A stretch of 64,000 bases of DNA, taken from Alphaproteobacteria bacterium (lineage in GTDB: Bacteria; Pseudomonadota; Alphaproteobacteria; UBA828). Below, piece after piece: positions 16,735 through 25,540 of this stretch (positions within the stretch are counted from its first letter, which is position 1; every line of letters starts with the position of its first letter). Below the pieces are notes generated by a model. It made no database searches. It saw only the letters and a program-made list of their open reading frames with translations, and was not told the DNA's origin. The stretch spans positions 116,600-180,599 of the forward strand of contig CAXXVO010000011.1 of assembly GCA_963422645.2 (NCBI GenBank), in the 5' to 3' direction. A program made the position numbers and the translations under genes.

Positions 16735-19700
16735 CTATGCCTCCTGCACCACGTCCCCGGGTCTTAGATCGAGACCCGCGATCTTGGCGAACTCCTTCGC
16801 GGCGAAACCGTTCTCGAACTGGACGCCGTCGCTAATCGTAATGGCGACCGGCGCCTGAACTTCCTGCAGGACCTCGCGAAGGCTGTTGACCACGCCTTCG
16901 ATCATTGCAGCCGTCACTGAACGCTCTTGGAAGCGGACAGTGACAGTATTCTCACCTTCACCGATCTCAATTCGAACGCCCTTGAAGAGCGTGCTCGCGT
17001 TTTCCTTGAACGTGTTGATGACGCCGTAGACCCGGTCGGTTGTATCGAGAGACACTCGCTTGCCCTGAAGCCGGGCCGGCTTCGTATCGTCAATCTGAAT
17101 CCGTTTGTCCCCGCTCGCGGGGATCTGGAAATCAGCCGAATTGTTAGCCTCGCCAGCGCGGGCGTAAACGAGCAGGCGGACAGCCTCAGGCCCGATTTCG
17201 AATGGCTCGCTGTACTCGATGCCGTCCTTGGGATTGGACCCGTCGAGCGAATACGTAATGAACGCTCGAGGGGTCGATTGCAGCGTCACGCGGCGTTTAT
17301 CGGCTGCGGGATCAACCTGGTGCCGGATCTTCAGCTCCGCTACCCAACGAATCGGCGGACCGCTTTCAAATTTCCCTGTCGGCTCGTTGACCCAAAAATA
17401 GAGCGAGCCTTCTCCAGTGGAAAAATTGTCCATGTCCTCGACCTTCGGATCAGTTTCACTGACCTCCGGCTTCGTCGAGTAGTGGATGATAGGGCTGTCG
17501 CCCGCGTTTCGCGGTGTCAGGCTGAGCAGGGACTCCCCGGTTTCCGGATTGTTGCCCTGAACTGATACGTTCACCGTCGCTTTTTCTTTCGGGAACGGCC
17601 CTTTCTCGATGTAGCCGTTCTCCCCAAAGCGCCATCGCCCTTGCTTAAGCGCCTCCGTCTTCAGAGTATCCATGCCCCCGGAACCCGGCATCCAAGGCCA
17701 CACCGGAAGGCTCTTCCCGCGACTAAGGACGTCTTTCCACGGGGTGCGACGATTGTCTTTGCCCGAGGGCCACAGATACTCCTCAGCCATCGCAAAGTAC
17801 GGACTAAAGTCTTCTGTCATATCGAGCGCTAGCTTGTAGTTGGCGCGTGGGCTGGCGAGCAGCTTCTCGATCTGAACTTCAGCCGACTGGTCCCCGTCGC
17901 CGACTTTCAGGCCGTTGTCGATGGTCACGGCGACGAGCCGCTCGCTTCCGTCCGTTTCCTCAAGAGCGGGGAAGTAAAGACGGTTGTAGCCAGCTGATAG
18001 GGCCTTGTGAAAGCGGTCCACCGCTTCCTCGAAACGATCTCGCGCCTCTTCATAGAGGGTATCGCCTGACTTCAGTCTCTTGGAGATTTGCTCGATCGCA
18101 TAGAGCTCCCGCAGACGGTCTTCCACAGCGTCAGCAAGATGACTGTCCTGACCAGTCAAGACTAGCAGGTTGTTCTTTTCCTGTTGATAATTGAAGAAGT
18201 TTTCGAGCTCACTCGGAGGCATACGGCCATCTGAACGGATCACGATCAGCACTCGTGGACCGGAAAGACGCAATTCTTCCAGTTTCGGAAGGACCTGCAG
18301 TTCTTGGTATGCGTGTTTGCTAGCAGGCTGAAGAATGCCCACAAGCCGATTCACCAGGGCTTGATCGATCTTTGGCTGCGGTACCTCCTTCGCGGTACGT
18401 TCGATTTGGCGTGAGAGGTTCTCAGTCTCCTTGATCAAGAAGCGCTGTTCCTCGCGATGCAGATACCACGCATGTTCGCGCAAGCGCTCAAGCGCGGCTA
18501 AGAACTCATCGGGCTTTCGGTTCGGGGCTGCGAGAAATTCAATGATCTCGCTGTCAGACAGACCAATTCTTCCCCCAACCGCGCGCGAGAGCGAAGCTGC
18601 AAGCAGCAAGGTCATAACTTGTTGAGCGGCGTCTGTGCCCAGCTCGGCATCGACAGTTTCTGAGATTGCGTTGCCGCTGTCTGCAATGTCACGGGTGACG
18701 GCAGGCAACAACTTGGGGGCGATCCGCTCGACCTCATCCCGGGCTTGGTCGTCATTAAGATCAATGTGTTGGGTACCAATGAGGAAGACATCATCCAACG
18801 TCCGCTGCTCAACGCTCTTTAGAAGACGAGCAGTGAACTGCATAAGGCCGCGCGTCTGGCGGAACCCCTCGTTTTCCTTGAAGAGCGCTACAAGGTGCTT
18901 GAAGGAGGGGTGGAACGGGTAGGTCTCACGGACTTGCTCTGCGATTTGCTCGATGCTCGACGCCACGATGTACCCGCCGTCCTCCGCTTTCTTGACCTGT
19001 TGCGCGTATTCCTCGGCGATATCCGAAATCGTTCTCTCGTCGGGCAGTTTATCGATTAGTCGCTTGTTAAGAATTTCGTAGATTTCGTTTCCAGCTAGTT
19101 GCACGGGAGTAATCGTCATTGCCTGACGCCGCGCCTCTTGCTGAAGGTTTGTAATAGCCTCAGATAACGCCTTACTTTGTGACTTATAGCTTCCAGAGAG
19201 ATTCGCGATGACAATCGCACAATTAGGAAGTTCCAAAGCCGCGCTCATCAACGAGCTGAGGCTATAAACGACCATGTCGGCCAATGTGCCCGTACCTACA
19301 GCTTGTGTTGCGGCGTTCTGGAGGTAGGGTGGAAGCTCGTCAAGAAGTATCAGCGTTGGGATGTCGCCGATAATTTCCTTCCATTTCCGTTGATCGACGG
19401 CCTTGGGACCATTCGCCCAGTGCGGACGAATCGCCTCGTCCGCGCTGAGTTGAGTAGCGATCTCACCCCAAATATAGTTATCCGGATTATTTCTTCCGTT
19501 GAACGCTGCAATCCGAGCCTCGTCAAATTCGACCCGGTCATTGAGCTCGGAGCGAAGAACTTCTGCTCGTAGATAAGGATGGCGTGCCAGAAGGCCGAGC
19601 GCAATCATCATGTGGGTCTTACCACCGCCCATGGCTTGAGTTAGCTCAAAGACCGCTTGATCTGACTTTCCGGATAGACGCAGCATTCCCTCTTTGAAGA

Positions 19701-19857
19701 GCTGCTCCATTCCGTGTGTTACGTAATTCCGAGCGAAGAACTCTCGTCCATCGCCATGGTCAGCAATCAAATCAGCAAGGTGCTCAATTCCTTCAGCCAT
19801 CCGGTAATCTCGGATTGCCGGATTAAATGTGCATGCTTGCTTTACTGTCTTGATCAT
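16735..19857 (-). CDS. DUF499-type P-loop ATPase (BrxC/PglY-like, COG1483-like), 1040 aa
   Basis: Walker A is AMGGGKTHM (19609-19635) and Walker B is PTLILLDELPPY. The protein is very large with a long non-ATPase C-terminal region. Confidence 0.85.
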   Translation of the reverse strand: MIKTVKQACTFNPAIRDYRMAEGIEHLADLIADHGDGREFFARNYVTHGMEQLFKEGMLRLSGKSDQAVFELTQAMGGGKTHMMIALGLLARHPYLRAEVLRSELNDRVEFDEARIAAFNGRNNPDNYIWGEIATQLSADEAIRPHWANGPKAVDQRKWKEIIGDIPTLILLDELPPYLQNAATQAVGTGTLADMVVYSLSSLMSAALELPNCAIVIANLSGSYKSQSKALSEAITNLQQEARRQAMTITPVQLAGNEIYEILNKRLIDKLPDERTISDIAEEYAQQVKKAEDGGYIVASSIEQIAEQVRETYPFHPSFKHLVALFKENEGFRQTRGLMQFTARLLKSVEQRTLDDVFLIGTQHIDLNDDQARDEVERIAPKLLPAVTRDIADSGNAISETVDAELGTDAAQQVMTLLLAASLSRAVGGRIGLSDSEIIEFLAAPNRKPDEFLAALERLREHAWYLHREEQRFLIKETENLSRQIERTAKEVPQPKIDQALVNRLVGILQPASKHAYQELQVLPKLEELRLSGPRVLIVIRSDGRMPPSELENFFNYQQEKNNLLVLTGQDSHLADAVEDRLRELYAIEQISKRLKSGDTLYEEARDRFEEAVDRFHKALSAGYNRLYFPALEETDGSERLVAVTIDNGLKVGDGDQSAEVQIEKLLASPRANYKLALDMTEDFSPYFAMAEEYLWPSGKDNRRTPWKDVLSRGKSLPVWPWMPGSGGMDTLKTEALKQGRWRFGENGYIEKGPFPKEKATVNVSVQGNNPETGESLLSLTPRNAGDSPIIHYSTKPEVSETDPKVEDMDNFSTGEGSLYFWVNEPTGKFESGPPIRWVAELKIRHQVDPAADKRRVTLQSTPRAFITYSLDGSNPKDGIEYSEPFEIGPEAVRLLVYARAGEANNSADFQIPASGDKRIQIDDTKPARLQGKRVSLDTTDRVYGVINTFKENASTLFKGVRIEIGEGENTVTVRFQERSVTAAMIEGVVNSLREVLQEVQAPVAITISDGVQFENGFAAKEFAKIAGLDLRPGDVVQEA

Positions 19858-20099
19858 TCTGATTGTCCCACCTGACTTTCGGACTTAACTGAGTCCTTCA
19901 CAAGAACACCGTTTCGCTGGTAGTAAGCGAAGATATTGACCTCGACCAATTTGTCGATAGAGCGATGCTCCTCCCGCGCGGCGGCGCGAAGCATGTCGTT
20001 CACACTCGGCTCTATACGGAGCGTAAGCGTTGCGGTCTTGTTCTCCACCGTCACGGCTTCTCGGGAAAGCTGCGAATGTACCGCATTTCGCAGTATCAC
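19854..20099 (-). CDS. Small ribbon-helix-helix (CopG/Arc-like) protein, putative operon regulator
   Basis: 81 aa with a GTG start. TLTLRIEPSVNDMLRAAAREEHRSIDKLVEV fits a beta-strand/helix/helix RHH pattern. Its stop overlaps the ATPase start codon (ATGA). Confidence 0.55.
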   Translation of the reverse strand: MILRNAVHSQLSREAVTVENKTATLTLRIEPSVNDMLRAAAREEHRSIDKLVEVNIFAYYQRNGVLVKDSVKSESQVGQSE

Positions 20100-20160
20100 A
20101 TTGCAGTCTGGATTGCCTAATCAAAAGCGAATCAAGGGACAGCACAGGAAGTTCCGGTTG

Positions 20161-21572
20161 GGTCAAGTGCGAGAAGTGCTGGATATTTTGGTTTGGCGTG
20201 CTGGAGCTGAGGCCTTTGTGCCGAGGCCGTTGGCGGCCTCGTATTCTCGGTCGATCTCCTCTCTGACGGCGCGCATCTGACGACGCTCGAGCTCGCTGAC
20301 TCTGATGGCGCGCCAACGCTCGGCGGCGCGGATCATGGCGCCGAACATGAGCTTGAGCACGGCCTTCTCGCCGAAGGCGTTGGGGATGATCTTGAGCCGC
20401 CGGCGCTCCTCGACGAACAAACGCTCGAGGAGGTTCGTGGTGCGGATCGCGCGGCGGTGCGCGATCGGCATGCGCAGATGCGCGATGCAGGCCTCGAAGT
20501 CATCCATGAAGCAGGCGCCCGCACTCGGCAGTTCGGCCTGGTAATCGGCGACCACACCGCCGGCGAGATCGCGGGCGATGGCGCGGGAGGGGGCCTGGTA
20601 GGCAGCGATGACGCGAGCCTTGAACTCCGGCCAGAGGTCGTCCGGCACCTTGGCAGCCAAGTTCCGCATACGATGGGCGAGGCAGCGCTGGCGCTCCGAG
20701 CGCGGGAAGCAGGTCTCGATCGCCTTGACGATGCCCGGTGCGCCGTCCGAGACTACCAGCAGAGGATCGCCGAGGCCGCGCCTGCGCATGTCCTGGAAGA
20801 ACGCGCTCACCGTCTCGGCGTCCTCCTTGGAGCCCGCCATCAAATGCAGCAGAACCTTGCCGCCAACCCACGTGAAGCCCCAGGCCGCCAATACTGGCTC
20901 GCGCTTCTGTCCGGGCCGGATGCGCTCGGCGATGCCGTCGACGAACAGATAGGCGATGTCGTACTCCGACAGATCGCGGTCGGCGAACTCCTGGTAGTCC
21001 GCCCACAGCCGCTCGCCGATCTCCGAGACCGCACTCCGCGACAGCAACAACCGTCCGCTCTCGTCCCGGAACGCGTCCTCGATGTCGCGCACGCTCAAGC
21101 CGCGAGCCAGAAGTTCCACCGCCAGGTCCTCAAGCGCCTGGGTGCGGCCCTTCAGGCTCTCGCGGATATCCGAACGGAAGGGCTCCTCACGACCAGCGAT
21201 CTGCGGTGCCGCGTAGTCCACCAGCCCCTCCGCCGTCTTCAGGCGACCCATGCGCACGCCGTTGCGCCAGCCTTGGCCGGGGGACGCGCCGTGCTCGTAG
21301 TAGTCGCGGCCGAGTACGTCCCGGCTCTCGGCCTCCAGCGCCTCCTCGACAATCAAACGGGTCGCCAGCTTCACCAGCTCGGCACGCCCGTCCGCCGACG
21401 ACAAACGGCCTTCGATCAGATCCGAAAGGGATTCGCGCGTGCGCATCGACGCGGGTACTCTCTTCGACATGGGGTGCCTCCTTGCTGGCGCCGGCGGCAA
21501 CCGGCACCGGTTGGTGAATCCTCAGCGAGGATGCACCCCAACCTAAATTTCCAGCAAGTCTAGGACTTCACC
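20161..21572 (-). mobile_element. IS256-family insertion sequence (1,412 bp) with 9-bp target-site duplication
   Basis: Imperfect ~40-bp terminal inverted repeats (GGTCAAGTGCGAGAAGTGCTGG... versus the reverse complement GGTGAAGTCCTAGACTTGCTGG...). The direct repeat TTCCGGTTG lies immediately outside both ends (20152-20160 and 21573-21581). Confidence 0.85.
20163..21500 (-). CDS. IS256-family transposase
   Basis: 445-aa ORF (ELVKLATRLIVEEALEAESRDVLGRDYYEHG..., typical IS256/mutator-type). The more likely start is MSKRVPAS at 21470. Confidence 0.9.
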   Translation of the reverse strand: MPPAPARRHPMSKRVPASMRTRESLSDLIEGRLSSADGRAELVKLATRLIVEEALEAESRDVLGRDYYEHGASPGQGWRNGVRMGRLKTAEGLVDYAAPQIAGREEPFRSDIRESLKGRTQALEDLAVELLARGLSVRDIEDAFRDESGRLLLSRSAVSEIGERLWADYQEFADRDLSEYDIAYLFVDGIAERIRPGQKREPVLAAWGFTWVGGKVLLHLMAGSKEDAETVSAFFQDMRRRGLGDPLLVVSDGAPGIVKAIETCFPRSERQRCLAHRMRNLAAKVPDDLWPEFKARVIAAYQAPSRAIARDLAGGVVADYQAELPSAGACFMDDFEACIAHLRMPIAHRRAIRTTNLLERLFVEERRRLKIIPNAFGEKAVLKLMFGAMIRAAERWRAIRVSELERRQMRAVREEIDREYEAANGLGTKASAPARQTKISSTSRT

Positions 21573-21792
21573 TTCCGGTTGGCCGCCCGAACCCAGAGGT
21601 CCCCTGAACATGGTGGAGAACGATGGCCCTGACTACCATGAAACCCGCGCCCCGGCGATCTCGGTCCGGATGAATCTGGTGACGGGTGTGTGATCCGCCG
21701 CTGCCCAAATACGGCGGCCCCGGAGGCGGGAAGCAACAAATTGTGACGGAGGTGCAGGAGCCTTGCCTCTCGGTGCCGATGCTGGCACAGCG

Positions 21793-22322
21793 CTACGCCG
21801 ACGAGACACGCTGCATCCGGGACACCGCGTCCCGCAGGCGCTCCCGTCCGTCTCCGATGCGGTCGAGATGCGCGCCGTAGGTCGCGGAATCGTCGAGGAT
21901 CGCGCGGCACGCCGGCAGCAGGCGTTCGTTGCGTTCCAGCCAGATCGGCCAGGAGCGCAGCTCCTGTGGCCGGATGTCGAGGTCGCGGGCACGCCAGGAA
22001 ATGGTCCTGTAGCGCAGCCAGTGGCGTCCCGCCGCGCCTGCTCGCTCTCACCCACGGCGTCCTGCCGCGTGCGGTGCGTGGTCCTGGCAGTGACGGAGCG
22101 CAGGTAGCTCCCGGCGCGGGCATGCACCTCGCGCAGCTCCCGCAGCTCGCCTTCGCCGATGCCGTCGTGCTCCGAGAGAAGCCGTTCGAAGGTCCGGGGC
22201 CTGGTCCTGAAGGATGCGGCCTACCTCATCAGCGCGCCGCTCCGGTCGAGGGTCTCGCGGAAGACGCGCACCTCGTCGGGGGCGGCGAGCTTGAAGCTGA
22301 CGTCGGTGCGATAGCGTCCCAT
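21793..22322 (-). pseudogene. Degenerate remnant of a plasmid/ICE-type gene (frame-disrupted)
   Basis: Protein-like stretches lie in different minus-strand frames: MGRYRTDVSFKLAAPDEVRVFRETLDRSGALMR-stop, then FERLLSEHDGIGEGELRELREVHARAGSYL, then RPQELRSWPIWLERNERLLPACRAILDDSATYGAHLDRIGDGRERLRDAVSRM. No family was recognised. Confidence 0.3.
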
Positions 22323-22379
22323 TGGATGGTTCCCCTTCGGCGGTTGCGGCGGGTTCTCTCTCTCCATCCCCCGCCTGGC

Positions 22380-22670
22380 TCACGCCAAGTCGCGCCGCCC
22401 TCGCTCTCCTGCGAAGCGGAGGACCGGCGCGAGGCGGGCGGCGAGCGCGGCGGAGCCGAGAGCGACCAGATCGTCGTTGAAGTCACCGCCCTCGGGGGCG
22501 ATGATCTGGGCGACCACGCCCGTCCGTCCGCAGCGCCGGGCGAGGCGTTCCCCCGCCCGCTCCCCTTCGATGTCGTTGTCTCGCGCGATGACGAGGCGGG
22601 CTGTGGCGGGCGGAGGCGCGAACACGCCGAGGCTCCCGGCCGAGAGCCGGGTCGTCGTCCCCGCCGACAT
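22380..22670 (-). pseudogene. C-terminal Toprim-domain fragment (conjugative primase-like)
   Basis: LVIARDNDIEGERAGERLARRCGRTGVVAQIIAPEGGDFNDDLV matches the DxD ... DFND Toprim pattern. Only ~96 codons remain. Confidence 0.5.
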
Positions 22671-23448
22671 GCTGGCGGCGATGTTTCAGCAGGGAGCAAG
22701 CTACGAGGGCGATCCGCAGCTCTATACCCACTGCGTGATTTTCAATGTCGTCAGAACCTGCCGCGACGGCCGGTACCGCTCGCTTCACCAGAAGCCGGCC
22801 TACTTCCGGAAGATGGCGGCGGGTGCCGCTTACCGCAATGCGCTGGCCTGGAACCTGCGGACGCGTCTCGGCATCCGCATGGAACAGTACGGGCCGGACG
22901 GCGCCTTCACGCGGATCGCCGGCATCCCGGAGGCGCTGGTGGCTCACTGGTCGAAGCGGCGAAAGACCATCGCAAAGTCCGGCGGTGCGGGATCGTGCTA
23001 CAAGTTGGACTATCGAGTCAGGGCGCTGGGAGGGGCCAAACGGCATGAGCGCTGGAGTAGCGAGTGCGCCGACTTCGTGGATCCTGGGGAGCTGATCGGC
23101 TCCTTGATCGGGCAGGAGGTTGGACAGCCGCCCGATACCCCTTTTGAACGGGCGTCGTGCACGGATGCCGTGCTCGCGAGGCTGGCCGCCCGCACCGAGG
23201 GCGTCCGGCTGTGCCAAGTCGTCCAGGCAGTGGAGAATGCGGCCGCCGGCCTGTTCGATCGGGCCGCGACCGCGGATATCCTCGCGCGTGTTCTCCAGGC
23301 GGGCATGGTGGTGCGCCGGCAGTGTCGAGATGGGCAACGAACGGCGGGTATGGCGGCAGCCATGATTGCCGGCCCGTTGCGGTGGACGAGACAATGGGAG
23401 TTGAGATCGGCTGGTCGCAGACGGGTCGCATCCGCGTTCGGGGATTGA
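22663..23448 (+). pseudogene. TrwC/TraI-type relaxase fragment (internal part only)
   Basis: GDPQLYTHCVIFN...RIAGIPEALVAHWSKRRKTI matches the relaxase histidine-triad region. The N-terminal catalytic-Tyr region and the C-terminal helicase are absent. It abuts the Toprim fragment head-to-head. Confidence 0.55.
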
Positions 23449-23508
23449 GACGTATGACACTCGGTGCTATATCACGCGGCATGACGGGAAAGGCGCGCGG
23501 GGCTCGGA

Positions 23509-23892
23509 TTGCGCACGTTCAAGACCAAGCCGTTCGGGCGCTTTGCCACTCGCGAGGAGATCGAGGACGGCGCACTGTGCGAGGCCGTGGAGCGCGCGGC
23601 GAAGGGCTTGATCGGCACCGACCTGGGCGGCGGCGTCATCAAGCAGCGCATCGCCCGTCGGGGACAGGGGCGGTCCGGCGGGTTCCGCGTCATCGTGGCG
23701 TTTCGTCGTGGAGAGCGCGCTTTCTTCGTCCACGGGTTCGCGAAGAGCGATCGGGAGAATTTGCGCCCTAGGGAACTCACGGCGTTGCGGTCCCTGGCGA
23801 ACGAGATGTTGGGATTGGACGCCGCCGGCCTGGAAGCGATGCTGACGAACGGGACGATCAGCGAGGTGGACTGCGATGACCAAGCGGTATGA
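23509..23892 (+). CDS. Type II toxin, RelE/HigB-like (COG4737-type)
   Basis: 127 aa with a TTG start. Motifs: MRTFKTKPFGRFA...DLGGGVIKQRIARRGQGRSGGFRVIVAF...FFVHGFAKSDRENL. Confidence 0.75.
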   Translation: MRTFKTKPFGRFATREEIEDGALCEAVERAAKGLIGTDLGGGVIKQRIARRGQGRSGGFRVIVAFRRGERAFFVHGFAKSDRENLRPRELTALRSLANEMLGLDAAGLEAMLTNGTISEVDCDDQAV

Positions 23893-24193
23893 GAGCGAGG
23901 TGCTGGCGTCGGTGCACGAGACGGCTCTGGGCATGACGGAAGCGGGCGTCATGTCGAAGCGGACGATGAAGGCGTTCGACGAGCTGTGCCTCACGCCGGT
24001 GGAGGACATGCCGCCGGAGCGGATTCGTGAAATCCGGCTTCGCGAGAACGCGAGCCAGGCGGTGTTCGCCCGCTATCTTAACGTGACCACGGGTCTGGTG
24101 AGCCAGTGGGAGCGCGGCGAGAAGCGCCCGCGCGGCGCGTCGCTGAAGCTGTTGACGCTGGTGGCGAAGAACGGCCTCGGGGCGGTCGCGTGA
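23876..24193 (+). CDS. HTH (XRE/MqsA-like, COG2944-type) antitoxin
   Basis: 105 aa, overlapping the toxin gene by 17 nt. IREIRLRENASQAVFARYLNVTTGLVSQWERGEKRPRGASLKLL is an HTH_3-type motif. Confidence 0.75.
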   Translation: MTKRYESEVLASVHETALGMTEAGVMSKRTMKAFDELCLTPVEDMPPERIREIRLRENASQAVFARYLNVTTGLVSQWERGEKRPRGASLKLLTLVAKNGLGAVA

Positions 24194-24300
24194 TGCCAAA
24201 TGCGGCATGCAACGACTGGAGTACGATCGACTCCGGTGACTATCCGATTACGGAATTTGTATCAGAAAAATACTATCAATGATTGCAGTGGGTTAGATGG

Positions 24301-25276
24301 CTACGCCGCACAAGTATGGCGCAGGTCATGAAGCCGCACGTCGCGCAAGTCGGCTTCCCCGCGGATCCGTCGCCACGTCTCGTCGAGGCCGTTATGGCTG
24401 AGGGGGCCGTTCGTCATCGGCGAAGGGAAGATCCAGCTTGCCGTCTGCGGCACGCGGTCCAGGACCGCGCGGGCGGCAGACGACAGCCAGACCGTTCGCG
24501 GCCCGGTTTTGCTGTCCGGCAGGAACAGCTTGCCCTCCCGCCGGTAGCGCCACTTCAGCGTGCGAACCTCGCTCGCGCGACAGCCGGTCAGCAACAGCAG
24601 CCTGACGATGGCGACCTGCTGCGGACGGTGGGCCTCGAAGCGGTCGAGCACCGCCGCCAGGCTGCGCATCTCCGCCGCCGACAGGAACCGTTCGCGTCCC
24701 TCGCGCCGGTATCGCTTGATGCCCCTGCACGGGTTGCTGCCTTCCGGGCGATAGCCGTAGATCTCGGCCTGGCGCATGATGACGGACAGGATCGGAGCGG
24801 CCCGGTCCGCCGCCGCGGGCTTCGCGTGGAGCGAGGCGAACCACTGCCGCACGTCGCGGCTGTCGATGCCGGCGATCGGGCGGCCCCTGAAGCACGGCAG
24901 GATATGGTTGCGGTAGTAGTTCCGGTTGACCTTGAGCGTTCCGGGCTTCCAGTTTCGCGCGTAGCGCCTGAAGACCTCGTCGGCAACGGCCTCGAACAGG
25001 GCTTCTTCGGGCGATGCGGGCGCGTCGCCGCCTCGCCGGATCGCGGCGAGCATCGTCGCGGCCCGCGCGGGCTTCATCGGCGCTCGCGCTCCCGGCGCCG
25101 GCGACGGTCTTCCAGATGCGCCGGCCCTCGTATTGGCTGTGGATGAAGTGGCGTTTCTTTCCCGACGGCCAGACCCGCAGGCCGAAGCCCTTCAGCTCCC
25201 TGTCGCGCACATCGCAGGCGGAGTTGCGGGGTTTCAGCGCATCGACCCGGCGCTGGTCGAGCTTCACGGCAGGCAT
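24301..25276 (-). pseudogene. Tyrosine integrase (DUF4102-type N-terminus), frameshifted and 3'-truncated
   Basis: GGGGAGGAAAAGCCC precedes the ATG at 25276. MPAVKLDQRRVDALKPRNSACDVRDRELKGFGLRVWPSGKKRHFIHSQYEGRRIWKTV is in one frame. The frame switches near 25065 to ...AATMLAAIRRGGDAP...LLLLTGCRASEV...HDLRHTCAA-stop. The region carrying the catalytic Tyr is missing, and the sequence turns AT-rich at 24300. Confidence 0.7.
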
Positions 25277-25540
25277 GGGCTTTTCCTCCCCCGAACGGTT
25301 GCAGGCGGGGCGGAAACACCTCTGGAATCCGCCCCGATCCACATCTGCGGGAGGAAAAAGAAGGCTCAATTCGTGAATCGTAGGCGTCGTGGTAGAATCT
25401 TTCCGGATTCGCCCTGGAGGTGTCAACGCCGGATGAAGATTCGGCCAGAGGGCGGCGCAAGAGACTGCCACTCTGGGTGATGCGTGGTTGTGACGGTTTT
25501 TCGGCGGGCGCGGTCCGTGGAGCCATCCAGAGCTCAAGCT

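Noticed and set aside
9648-20099. Classifying the operon as BREX, DISARM or type I/III restriction-modification.
   Set aside because: No PglZ, PglX, BrxA/B or BrxL is present (BREX). No DUF1998-type DrmA/DrmB is present (DISARM). No HsdS/HsdR or Res/Mod pair is present. Only the DUF499 ATPase and the generic SNF2/PLD modules are shared with those systems.
21966-23048. 360-aa plus-strand ORF and neighbouring overlapping ORFs (22229-22699, 22483-23460, 23018-23482 and others).
   Set aside because: They are chimeric read-throughs over pseudogene debris. Only short segments, the Toprim and relaxase fragments in other frames, show real protein signatures.
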